Source: a virus | Lineage: Duplodnaviria > Caudoviricetes | Reading direction: 5' to 3' (one strand) | IMG/VR virus record: IMGVR_UViG_3300035208_003131 | Coordinates: 20,210-84,209 of that record | DNA length: 64,000 bases | Shown: positions 47,271-56,238 of the stretch, in pieces | Layout: each line of letters opens with the position of its first letter | Position numbering within the stretch: position 1 is the first letter of the stretch | The notes under the pieces: model-generated | What the model saw: the letters and a program-made list of their open reading frames with translations, nothing else | Databases searched by the model: none | Told to the model about the DNA's origin: nothing | Program-made: the position numbers and the translations under genes

Positions 47271-49049
47271 ATGAATATAAACACGATAAGTAATAAATTA
47301 GAACTTACATTTGATATGCATAATCATAGAGATGCACTGATTAAAATTTCTGCACCTTCTCAGGCTGATATAAATAGTATTAATGGTATTCTATATGCGA
47401 GTTTTTCTTATATGAATGAGAAAAAACGATTTAGTTGGGAATTTGAAGAAGGGTGGGATGATGGTATTGATTATGTTTATAATAAAGCATGTCAGACTCT
47501 CCCATTAGGTCTTATACCGAGGGCGGTTAAATATTTAAAAGAAAGTCGTCCGAATTTAAAAATCAATGTAAGTAATTCGATCAGAAAGATTTATTCGAAT
47601 CCAAATGGTGATATTACGATTGATCAAGTTAAAACATATGCTAATTCGTTAAACATTTATAATCGAATTGAAAATGTAAAGATTACTCCATATGAACACC
47701 AATTACGTTTAGTGCAACAATCATTAAATCGCAGACGAGTATCACTACTTGCGTGTACATCTGCTGGTAAGTCATTATCGATGTATATCAATGTACGGTA
47801 TCTAACTGAGGTTGAACGTAAACAAGTATTGGTAGTTGTGCCATCTACAAATCTGGTTAAACAATTGTTTACTGATTTTCAAGATGATTATGGTTGGGAA
47901 AAAGCTAGAGATAGTTGTACGTTAATCTATGGTCAATCTGAGGACAAACTTACAACCAAACAAAAAGCAGCATTGAAAGAATTGAATCTTGGTGAAGAAG
48001 CAATTTTAAAACCAATTACAATTTCAACATGGCAGAGTCTTCAAAATAAACCACCTGAATTTTTTGATGTATTTGAAGCTGTTATGGTGGATGAGGCTCA
48101 TGGCACTCGTGGTGCGGTTCTTCGTGATATACTTGGATTATGTAAAAACTCTACTGAATTTAAAATTGGATTATCTGGTACATTACCTGATGATGGGTTA
48201 GATGCTGCATGGATTGAAGGTGCATTAGGACAGAAGATTGTAATTGTTCGATTAAAAGAATTAATTGCACTTGGAATTCTTACTCCGGTTGAAATACATA
48301 CAATCAAAGTTCCGTATGAAGAAAAAATACGACCTTATATATGTAAACAAAATTATCAATCAGAATATTCATTACTTACAAATAATGATAGTCGTAAGCG
48401 TGTAATGGATTTACTAATCAAAGCAAAAAAAATTACAACTGATGAAAATACGGTAATGTTGTATAAAAATAAGGGTACTCTGGATGAGATGTATGAATAT
48501 ATGAAAGAAGCTCATCCACAGTTTAAATATCATATTATTAAAGGTGAGATTGATGTAAATGAACGTGAGCGTATTCGTAAAGAGATGGAAAATGGCGGTG
48601 GTAACATTATCATCGCTACTTATGGTACAATGAAACAAGGTGTAAATATTAAATTATTACATAATCTTGTATTTGCTGAATTTTCTAAATCAATGTATGA
48701 GGTTGTACAGTCAATTGGTCGTATAGTACGACCACATAAAGATAAGAAGTTAGCCCGTGTGTTTGATATTGTTGATGATGCGTCATATACAACTAAACCA
48801 CGTAAAGGTGGATTTGGTAAGAGTAAACTTAATTATGGAATGAAACATTATGAAACACGTAAGTTTTATTACGCTGATGATGATATACCTGTAATTGAAT
48901 TAGATTTAACTGGGATTTACGAAGCTACCATAAATGTAGCTGACGTTGAAAAGAAAAAAGAAGCCGCTAAAAAACGAGCGGCTGCTAAAAAATCTAAAAA
49001 GAAATCTACTATTAAAGGTAAAGGGTCCAGGTCTAAATTTCTTAACTAA
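47271..49049 (+). CDS. uvsW: SF2 DNA helicase (T4 UvsW)
   Basis: YEHQ, ACTSAGKS, VVPSTNLV, TWQSL, MVDEAH, GLSGT and QSIGR. Confidence 0.93.
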   Translation: MNINTISNKLELTFDMHNHRDALIKISAPSQADINSINGILYASFSYMNEKKRFSWEFEEGWDDGIDYVYNKACQTLPLGLIPRAVKYLKESRPNLKINVSNSIRKIYSNPNGDITIDQVKTYANSLNIYNRIENVKITPYEHQLRLVQQSLNRRRVSLLACTSAGKSLSMYINVRYLTEVERKQVLVVVPSTNLVKQLFTDFQDDYGWEKARDSCTLIYGQSEDKLTTKQKAALKELNLGEEAILKPITISTWQSLQNKPPEFFDVFEAVMVDEAHGTRGAVLRDILGLCKNSTEFKIGLSGTLPDDGLDAAWIEGALGQKIVIVRLKELIALGILTPVEIHTIKVPYEEKIRPYICKQNYQSEYSLLTNNDSRKRVMDLLIKAKKITTDENTVMLYKNKGTLDEMYEYMKEAHPQFKYHIIKGEIDVNERERIRKEMENGGGNIIIATYGTMKQGVNIKLLHNLVFAEFSKSMYEVVQSIGRIVRPHKDKKLARVFDIVDDASYTTKPRKGGFGKSKLNYGMKHYETRKFYYADDDIPVIELDLTGIYEATINVADVEKKKEAAKKRAAAKKSKKKSTIKGKGSRSKFLN

Positions 49050-49194
49050 GAAGCGGTGTTAGATTTGATTTTTTTTCTTCAGTAACTATACTATTACCCA
49101 GCATCATACGATCCATTAAAATTTTTTGAGCCGCTAAAGGATTATTAGTTGGTAATGCGTTAATTGCTGGTATCATTTTTTTGTTTTGTTCCAT
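49042..49194 (-). CDS. Small late protein (50 aa), absent from the ORF track
   Basis: Translated manually: MEQNKKMIPAINALPTNNPLAAQKILMDRMMLGNSIVTEEKKSNLTPLLS. It has a GGAG SD and TATAAACTA at 49217-49225. Confidence 0.7.
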   Translation of the reverse strand: MEQNKKMIPAINALPTNNPLAAQKILMDRMMLGNSIVTEEKKSNLTPLLS

Positions 49195-49216
49195 GATAAA
49201 TAACTCCATTTTATTA

Positions 49217-49225
49217 TAGTTTATA
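49217..49225 (-). promoter_or_regulatory. Late promoter TATAAACTA
   Basis: Exact motif 23 nt upstream of the 50-aa ORF. Confidence 0.65.
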
Positions 49226-49241
49226 ATATATTTTATTTTAT

Positions 49242-49928
49242 ATGAAAATTTGTGGTATAGATCCTTCCATTAACTCAACTGGGAAGTGTATTCTTGAGTT
49301 AAATGATGATGATTATAATATTATCGGTGTTACTTTTTATGGTTATAATAAGGTAAAAAAACATTGTTTCCCTAGAAGTAGTAGTGTTGAAGTGTTTCAT
49401 GTTGGTACTCAGTATACTAATATGAATATGTTTGATCGTCAGAATATCGTATATGATTATATGATAAAAGATATGGAGGATGTAAGTCATGTTTCGTTTG
49501 AAGGGTATGCATTTGGTGCGGGGTCAACTCGGGCAATATTTCAATTAGGTGAGTTCATCGGTGGAATGAAAAAACTGTATTATGATATGGGAAAGGGAAT
49601 TATAATTTATCCTCCTCGTGCGGTTAAGCGATTTGCTACTGGTAATGGTAATGCTGATAAATCCCAAATGTGTAATGCGTTTAAAGTTGAATATCCACAA
49701 TTTTATCCTAAAGAATTTGAATTAATGAAACAATATAGTGATCCCCATGGTGATTTATGTGATGCGTTTTGGATTGCTGAGACCCTTCGAAATCATTTAA
49801 TTTATGATGTTTTAGGACCTGATCACATGGATGAAGGTACAGTTGCATTACTCGAATCAAAATCAACTAAGAAATCACATTCGATTGTTGAAACTGAGTT
49901 GGTCAGGAGAAAGATTATACATGAATAG
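49242..49928 (+). CDS. ruvC: RuvC-like Holliday junction resolvase
   Basis: ICGIDPS, SFEGYAFG, KRFATGNGNADK and DLCDAFWIA. Confidence 0.85.
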   Translation: MKICGIDPSINSTGKCILELNDDDYNIIGVTFYGYNKVKKHCFPRSSSVEVFHVGTQYTNMNMFDRQNIVYDYMIKDMEDVSHVSFEGYAFGAGSTRAIFQLGEFIGGMKKLYYDMGKGIIIYPPRAVKRFATGNGNADKSQMCNAFKVEYPQFYPKEFELMKQYSDPHGDLCDAFWIAETLRNHLIYDVLGPDHMDEGTVALLESKSTKKSHSIVETELVRRKIIHE

Positions 49929-50235
49929 TGATATTGATAAATTTGTTAATTTGATTATAGATTTGATTGATTTAAATGAAAATATTTTAAGTGTGATTAA
50001 TTATGATAATTTAATGGACAAGCGTGCAGCTATATTGAATTTATATGATGAGTATGAATCTAAGGTGGATAAAAACAAACTTAGTGATATTGAAGTAGAT
50101 TCATTAAAGTTACTTAATTCATATCTTCAACATAGTAATACTAAAGTTATTAAGTTTCTTCAAGTGCGGATTATAAATCTTCGTATAAAAAAACGAATAC
50201 TTGAAGATCGAAAAAAAAATTTAGATTCTCATTAG
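49921..50235 (+). CDS. Hypothetical helical protein (104 aa)
   Basis: The start at 49921 overlaps the ruvC stop; the longer ORF call is unlikely. Confidence 0.55.
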   Translation: MNSDIDKFVNLIIDLIDLNENILSVINYDNLMDKRAAILNLYDEYESKVDKNKLSDIEVDSLKLLNSYLQHSNTKVIKFLQVRIINLRIKKRILEDRKKNLDSH

Positions 50236-50239
50236 AATT

Positions 50240-50249
50240 TGCTATATTT
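50240..50249 (+). promoter_or_regulatory. Early/middle promoter TGCTATATTT (rnh-gp46 operon)
   Basis: Identical to the motif at dut and gp43. Confidence 0.6.
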
Positions 50250-50269
50250 ATCTAAAAGGAATACACTTA

Positions 50270-51634
50270 ATGAAAAATTATGATCCATTAAAAAGTTTCC
50301 CACATTCAAGTAACAGACTTGTTATTATTGATTGGGCTAGTTTATCATATCATCAATGGCATGGTATTAATACTAAATTAAAAAATTCGTATATGACACA
50401 AAACTCAGATGAAGATGAATACGGAAACTCTGGTAGTTTCGAGCGTACTCAAGAAACTGAGCTTGCGATGTGGCGAACTAGTATGTTAAATCGAATGATG
50501 CGGTATGTAAAATTATTTAATCCTATTGATATAGTAATTGCACTAGAGGGTACTGAAGTTTGGCGTAATGGTGTTGTTAAAGATTATTACGGTGAAAACT
50601 GTACGGTTTACTATGATTCATTTGCATACTATCTTCGATATGATAATTTTTTATATAAAGTTACTCAACGAGGCGAAGACATATTTGCTGAGAAAAAAGA
50701 TTTTGTTAAAGATTCGGATCTTATGGATAATAATTTCAAATTATTAAAAGATATGCCAGATCGTGTTCAAAAAATGATGTGGAATGCATACCTCCCGAAT
50801 GGCACGGCTCCACTATTACCTAAATATAAAGGTAAACGTTTAAAACAAGCGTGGGATTTTATTACCGATAAGAAATTCTGGCGTGAATATAAAGAAGAAT
50901 TTGCAAAAGAATTGTCAGGTGTATTTAGGGCTAAGACTGTTCGTAGAATGGATGCTGAAGGTGATGATATAATTTATGTTGCATGTAACTACCTGAAAAA
51001 TAAATATGATTCGGTTGTATTAATAACGGGTGATAGTGATATGAATCAATTATTAACAATTTCTAATTTAACAATTTATAATCATCTACATGACCAATTA
51101 GTTGTATGTAATAATCCTGAAGATTATTTAGAACTTAAAATCCTTCAAGGTGATAGTTCCGATAATATTAATGGTATGGCACTTCCTAATAAGAAAACAC
51201 AGTTAGGTGGAAAAGGGGCTGAAAAATTATTTGAAAGTACTAATAATATATATGCAACTGCACTGGCTGATGGTTGGGATAAACAATATCGCCGAAATCA
51301 AACATTGATTGATTTAAGTTACATACCAACTACAATTCAACGTAATATATGTGAATTGATCGATGATGCAAAAGCTGAGTTATGTGACCTTGAAGATATG
51401 TACAAGATTCAAGTAAATAGAAAAACAATTGATAGTCTTGTTAATATGAAAAATCTTGGATTATATTCGATGTTGGATAAAGAATATGTACAGGAACATC
51501 CTGATATTTTTAATCCAGCTCAATTTGAAGCCCAAGAAAAAGCTGAGGAGATTGCTGTAACGTCAACTAAACGACATTTTGGTGACCTTAGTGATGTATT
51601 CGATGATCCATTGAAAGGTGAGAGTATTTTTTAA
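50270..51634 (+). CDS. rnh: 5'-3' exonuclease / RNase H (T4 rnh, FEN-like)
   Basis: VIIDW, EGDDII, ITGDSDMNQL, LQGDSSDNI and RRNQTLIDL..IP. Confidence 0.9.
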   Translation: MKNYDPLKSFPHSSNRLVIIDWASLSYHQWHGINTKLKNSYMTQNSDEDEYGNSGSFERTQETELAMWRTSMLNRMMRYVKLFNPIDIVIALEGTEVWRNGVVKDYYGENCTVYYDSFAYYLRYDNFLYKVTQRGEDIFAEKKDFVKDSDLMDNNFKLLKDMPDRVQKMMWNAYLPNGTAPLLPKYKGKRLKQAWDFITDKKFWREYKEEFAKELSGVFRAKTVRRMDAEGDDIIYVACNYLKNKYDSVVLITGDSDMNQLLTISNLTIYNHLHDQLVVCNNPEDYLELKILQGDSSDNINGMALPNKKTQLGGKGAEKLFESTNNIYATALADGWDKQYRRNQTLIDLSYIPTTIQRNICELIDDAKAELCDLEDMYKIQVNRKTIDSLVNMKNLGLYSMLDKEYVQEHPDIFNPAQFEAQEKAEEIAVTSTKRHFGDLSDVFDDPLKGESIF

Positions 51635-53904
51635 TGCATACTATATTACTTCGTAGAGTCACATTTAGCAACCTATTGTCATATGGTAATGGTAAACATG
51701 AAGTTCGTTTCGATGATAATGGATTGACATGGATTAGAGGGTCCAATGGTGCTGGAAAGAGTACTTTAATTGAAGCACTTACGTTTGCATTTTTTGGAAG
51801 TGCATATCGTAAGGGTGAGAACGGAACTTTGCAACTTAAGAAACTAATTAATACAGCTAATATAAAAGGTAAGCTTATAGTTGAGGTTGAATTTGAACGA
51901 ATAGATTCCAAATCGCATGAAGTATTTTTACTTACTAGACAGTTAACTAGGTCTGGTACATCTTCGTTTAAATACAAAAAGAAATTATTTACTGATGCTG
52001 AATATGGTAAAGATGAGGCTAAAGGTGCTGGTACAACTCAAAGTAAAATTGAGTCTGAAATACTTGGGTTCAATAAAAATATTTTTGAGAATGTAATATC
52101 ATTGAATACTATACAACGTGATCCAATTATTGAAATGAAACCAGCTCAAAAACGTAAATTAATTGAATCAATACTTACGTTAAATATTGATAAGTTTAAA
52201 GACTCAAATGGTAAAGCTTTAAAGCAAGCTCAAACTAAATTTGATGCTGCTACTAGTGATGTCGAAAAATATTTAAAAGATGTTAACGAACTTCAAGTAA
52301 TTATATCACAGATGGAAAAAGAACGTGCTGATGATATTAAAGAACTTGAACTTGAACTTGAACAAATTAATTCTGATATTGAAGTTCAGTCAAAGGAACA
52401 TGCAATTGCACAATCAGAACTTGATGGTATTATTAACGATGGTAAATGCAAAAAAGCTGAATTTAATGCGTTAGGGGATATAGATTTAAAAATTGCGGAT
52501 TTAGGTGAAATTAAAGTTTTAATTCCACAGTTACATAAAGATGAAAAAAAACTAGTAGACGCAAATAAAACATTAACCATTGTGAATGGTATGTATGCTA
52601 AAATGTGTGAGGTATGTGAGTCATTTAACCAGGATGAGTTGATTAAGTCGTTAGATAAAATTAAGGCTGATATCGTTACATATACTACAACTATTCAAAG
52701 TAAAACTACGGTAAGTGACATGAAAAAAGAATCAATGGATTTAATTCAAAAAAAAGTAACTGAGTTAAAATCTGGTGTTCCTTGTAGTACATGTGGTAAA
52801 CCTTCAACTGATAGTGATATCAAAACAATTAAAGATTCATATCGTTCTGATTGGGTATCTATTAATAATGAGTATAAACAATTACTTATTGAAATTCAAG
52901 CATTAACTGATAGTGTTGATGTTCTTACAATTGAACGAGATAAAGTTGAAACTCAAGTCAATGAGAATATCAAAGTATTTGATGAGCGTAGTGAATATTG
53001 GGGAATGACTGTTCAACCAGCTGAATTTGCGATATCATCAATTGAGAGTGACATTAAAGATAAACGTGATAAAATTGATGCGTATAAAATTGCGTCGGTT
53101 GAAGAAGTTGAAGCAAACATAAAACAACTTGAATTTGATAAAGTTACTAAAGATACACTTGCTACTACATTGAGTGATCTTAGATCTAAAGCATCAACAT
53201 TAACTGAAAGAGTTACCGGATTAGTTACTGCTATTAACACACTTAAAAGTAAACGTGATGTAATGATAAATAGAATCGAAACTAAACGACTTAACACGTC
53301 TAAAGATTCATTCACAGCAACTAAAGATAAATTAGCTGGTGCTAATCATGATTTAGAAACTGCACATAACCGGGTTGATAAATACTCGGATCAAATTTCA
53401 ATTAATCAGTATATCGCTGGTATGTATGCTGATGATGGAATTAAAAAACTTGTTCTTGGTATTTTTGTTCCTAATTTAAATCGAGCAATTGCAGATAATC
53501 TAGTTCGATTTAACCTTCCATATACATTAAAGTTTACGGATTCAATGGATATGGAATTTTCAAGTCGGTTTGGAATGGCGGATAGTTATTATGGTTTATC
53601 TGAGGGTCAGAAACGTAAAATTAATTTTGCAGTTGCATTGGCTCTTCGTGAATTTGTATCAAAAATTGCAGATTTTAAGATGAATGTATTATTTTTGGAT
53701 GAGGTACTTGACATATCAACTGATCCTGAAGCATATGTGGATATGGTTACATTACTTAAAGATAATATTACTATTATTGGTAATGTGTATATGATAACAC
53801 ATCGTGGTGATTTAGTTAAAGAACAGTTCGATGATTGTATCGAATTTACCAATGATGGTCGATACTCAAGTCTACATAAGATTGATCTATCCACCGAAGA
53901 TTGA
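51634..53904 (+). CDS. gp46: Rad50/SbcC-like SMC ATPase (T4 gp46)
   Basis: GSNGAGKST, long coiled coil with Zn-hook CSTCGK, signature LSEGQK, LFLDE and ITH. Confidence 0.95.
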   Translation: MHTILLRRVTFSNLLSYGNGKHEVRFDDNGLTWIRGSNGAGKSTLIEALTFAFFGSAYRKGENGTLQLKKLINTANIKGKLIVEVEFERIDSKSHEVFLLTRQLTRSGTSSFKYKKKLFTDAEYGKDEAKGAGTTQSKIESEILGFNKNIFENVISLNTIQRDPIIEMKPAQKRKLIESILTLNIDKFKDSNGKALKQAQTKFDAATSDVEKYLKDVNELQVIISQMEKERADDIKELELELEQINSDIEVQSKEHAIAQSELDGIINDGKCKKAEFNALGDIDLKIADLGEIKVLIPQLHKDEKKLVDANKTLTIVNGMYAKMCEVCESFNQDELIKSLDKIKADIVTYTTTIQSKTTVSDMKKESMDLIQKKVTELKSGVPCSTCGKPSTDSDIKTIKDSYRSDWVSINNEYKQLLIEIQALTDSVDVLTIERDKVETQVNENIKVFDERSEYWGMTVQPAEFAISSIESDIKDKRDKIDAYKIASVEEVEANIKQLEFDKVTKDTLATTLSDLRSKASTLTERVTGLVTAINTLKSKRDVMINRIETKRLNTSKDSFTATKDKLAGANHDLETAHNRVDKYSDQISINQYIAGMYADDGIKKLVLGIFVPNLNRAIADNLVRFNLPYTLKFTDSMDMEFSSRFGMADSYYGLSEGQKRKINFAVALALREFVSKIADFKMNVLFLDEVLDISTDPEAYVDMVTLLKDNITIIGNVYMITHRGDLVKEQFDDCIEFTNDGRYSSLHKIDLSTED

Positions 53905-53983
53905 TTTAATTAATTAATTATATGCTCATATAAAAAATATCTTAATATTAAGTATGCATCACTTGTGCATGAAGTATTAAGAT

Positions 53984-54961
53984 ATGAACGAATTAACATT
54001 TAAAAATTTAGTTGACCTTAAAGCCGATGAGTGGAACACTCTTGTTGCGGCTGGATATGATATTGATGTTGAAGAATTAAAAGATATTATAACTAGACGT
54101 GAGCTTAGATTACTTGAGAATAAACTTCAACATAATATAACCAAAGATGAAATTGAAGAACTTGCTGTAATACAACAAGACGAAGATTCACTTAATGTAG
54201 AATTATTCAATGAGGGCGATACTTCGATTGTATATGAACCTACTGTAATTGATAAATTTGTTGTTCGTATTACTGATACTGAGGATATAGTTGATTCAAT
54301 TGCGGTAACCGGTAAAATCATTGTTGGTGCTAATTTCAATAAATCTAATTTATCCAATAGTTATTTTTGCGGATGTACTTTTTATAAATGCGATTTAAGT
54401 AATGTTGATTTTGGGAATAGTGTATTTACATCATGTGATTTTGTTTCATGTGATATGGTATCAAGTGATTTTACTGGATCGACAATTGCTCGTACACATT
54501 TTTATGAGTGTCTTTTATCATCATCTACATTTGATTATGTGGCTTTATCTGATTGTATGGTGGTTGCATGTGATTTAAATAAAGTAACCTTCATTCAATG
54601 TAGAGTTTTGTTTACTGGATTTACTGATAGTACATTAATTAACGTTGATTGGAAAGATTCTGACATCGTGCAGTGTACGTTTACGATCTGTAACTGTAGT
54701 GACTCGGATTTTAAACGAGCGGTTATAGTTGATTCAGTTATTATTCGAACTAATTTAATGGGTTGTGATTTAAATTCTCTTTCAGTTACATGTTTAACAA
54801 TATCAAATTGTGAATATGAAGATAAATATAAACATTTTTTTGAGATGGAACATTTACTGTATAGTCCTGCAATATTTGAGTGGGGAAATAATGTTGAATC
54901 TGATGATCCTGATATTGAAGATTATGATGAAGATGATGACGAAGGGAAAAACCTTTGGTAA
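53984..54961 (+). CDS. Pentapeptide-repeat protein
   Basis: About 30 consecutive 5-residue units (ANFNK SNLSN SYFCG CTFYK CDLSN VDFGN SVFTS CDFVS...) with an acidic tail. Confidence 0.9.
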   Translation: MNELTFKNLVDLKADEWNTLVAAGYDIDVEELKDIITRRELRLLENKLQHNITKDEIEELAVIQQDEDSLNVELFNEGDTSIVYEPTVIDKFVVRITDTEDIVDSIAVTGKIIVGANFNKSNLSNSYFCGCTFYKCDLSNVDFGNSVFTSCDFVSCDMVSSDFTGSTIARTHFYECLLSSSTFDYVALSDCMVVACDLNKVTFIQCRVLFTGFTDSTLINVDWKDSDIVQCTFTICNCSDSDFKRAVIVDSVIIRTNLMGCDLNSLSVTCLTISNCEYEDKYKHFFEMEHLLYSPAIFEWGNNVESDDPDIEDYDEDDDEGKNLW

Positions 54962-55608
54962 ATGAGATGAGTGATGACTATTTATACAATGATATCGGAT
55001 ATAAACATGTTTCAATGCACAAACGTGTTTTGGAATATGATCCACGCAATACTAATAATCCTATCATACTAGAGTATTTTAACACAATCGATAGTGATCG
55101 TAATAATACTAATACATATTATAGTATTTTAGATGCTGAACGTTCACGGACGCAGAATAATGCTAACTCACTACCTATATCGTTTCTATCGATGTGGCAT
55201 CAATTTAATATGTCATGGGTAGATGTTATTCATCAGATGATTTTTATTGATAATGTATATGCTACATTTGTAGGTGAATATAAAAATGTAATTGAGAATG
55301 TAATTATATATGATAATATTACTGAAAAGGAAGCCCTTGTGTATCGATCCCATAATACAGGTGAGACTATGTTTCACGTTGCTTCTAAATTATGGTTATA
55401 TCGAAAATATATAGAATCTAAGAATGGATCAATAAATATTAATATCGATAAGGAATTGAAATATCTTTTAGAGTGTTACGAGGAGTTAGAATTTTATTTA
55501 GGTAAAGACCGAAAATTCTGTATCCTTTATTTAATGGATTTCAAAAATAAAACTCTTGTTGATATGCTAACTGAGTTTGTCGAGAGTTTGGAGTTTAATG
55601 ATATATAG
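54955..55608 (+). CDS. Hypothetical protein with weak ankyrin-like motifs
   Basis: HNTGETMFHVASK and MDFKNKTLVDML. Confidence 0.45.
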   Translation: MVNEMSDDYLYNDIGYKHVSMHKRVLEYDPRNTNNPIILEYFNTIDSDRNNTNTYYSILDAERSRTQNNANSLPISFLSMWHQFNMSWVDVIHQMIFIDNVYATFVGEYKNVIENVIIYDNITEKEALVYRSHNTGETMFHVASKLWLYRKYIESKNGSININIDKELKYLLECYEELEFYLGKDRKFCILYLMDFKNKTLVDMLTEFVESLEFNDI

Positions 55609-55627
55609 AGTAAAAACGGAGTAAATT

Positions 55628-56182
55628 ATGGCTAGAAGAAAAAAATTAACAAAAGAAGAGGCAGCTATTGAGGCTAAACGTCAGCGAGAAATGCCCATTG
55701 CGGAGAGATTGCAATCGATGCGTACCGGAAGAATTGATAAAACTTATCTTACGGAACTTGTAGTTGAGTATAAATTTAAAAAAAATATTGATAAAGCATA
55801 TCCAATGCCACGTGAATTGGCTGAAGTTATTCTTATTATCATTGATAAAATGCTCGGCTCGTCGTCATGGCGTAATTATACAGATGATTGGAAAGAAGAA
55901 TTTAGAGGTCGTGCAATTGAACATGTGCTTAAATATGCTCACAATTTTGATCCTGAAAAATCTAAAACTGGTAAAAACGATCCATATAATTATTTTGCAA
56001 TGATTATTAGTAATGCGTTTATTCAAAGTTGGAAGAAGTGTAAAGTATATGCTGATAATAATGTTCTTCTTAATGATGATATATTATACAATGCAAACAA
56101 TTGGGATGAGGTATATGAAGCTAATCCAAATATGGGAGTAATTACACCAAATACAGATGCCATCGATTGGGGTCATTTTTAA
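55628..56182 (+). CDS. gp55: Late-transcription sigma factor (T4 gp55)
   Basis: WRNYTDDWKEEF...AIEHVLKYAHNFDPEK...DPYNYFAMIISNAF matches gp55; aromatic C-terminus IDWGHF. Confidence 0.9.
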   Translation: MARRKKLTKEEAAIEAKRQREMPIAERLQSMRTGRIDKTYLTELVVEYKFKKNIDKAYPMPRELAEVILIIIDKMLGSSSWRNYTDDWKEEFRGRAIEHVLKYAHNFDPEKSKTGKNDPYNYFAMIISNAFIQSWKKCKVYADNNVLLNDDILYNANNWDEVYEANPNMGVITPNTDAIDWGHF

Positions 56183-56204
56183 TATAAATAAGTCGAGTTT
56201 TCTT

Positions 56205-56213
56205 TATAAACTA
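56205..56213 (+). promoter_or_regulatory. Late promoter TATAAACTA (a canonical T4 TATAAATA also lies at 56183-56190)
   Basis: Exact motif 26 nt upstream of the 1463-aa gene. Confidence 0.7.
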
Positions 56214-56238
56214 TTGAAAACGATATTATAGGTCCACA

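Noticed and set aside
10168-49920. Long 5' extensions in the ORF track (10296, 12954, 16203, 29276, 45007, 45070, 49831)
   Set aside because: They run through promoter motifs or neighbouring genes. Downstream starts fit better (SD, promoter position or overlap with the upstream stop).
13309-53904. Inteins, group I introns or homing endonucleases in gp43, gp41, uvsX, gp61 or gp46
   Set aside because: All frames are continuous, and no intein termini or LAGLIDADG, HNH or GIY-YIG motifs were seen.
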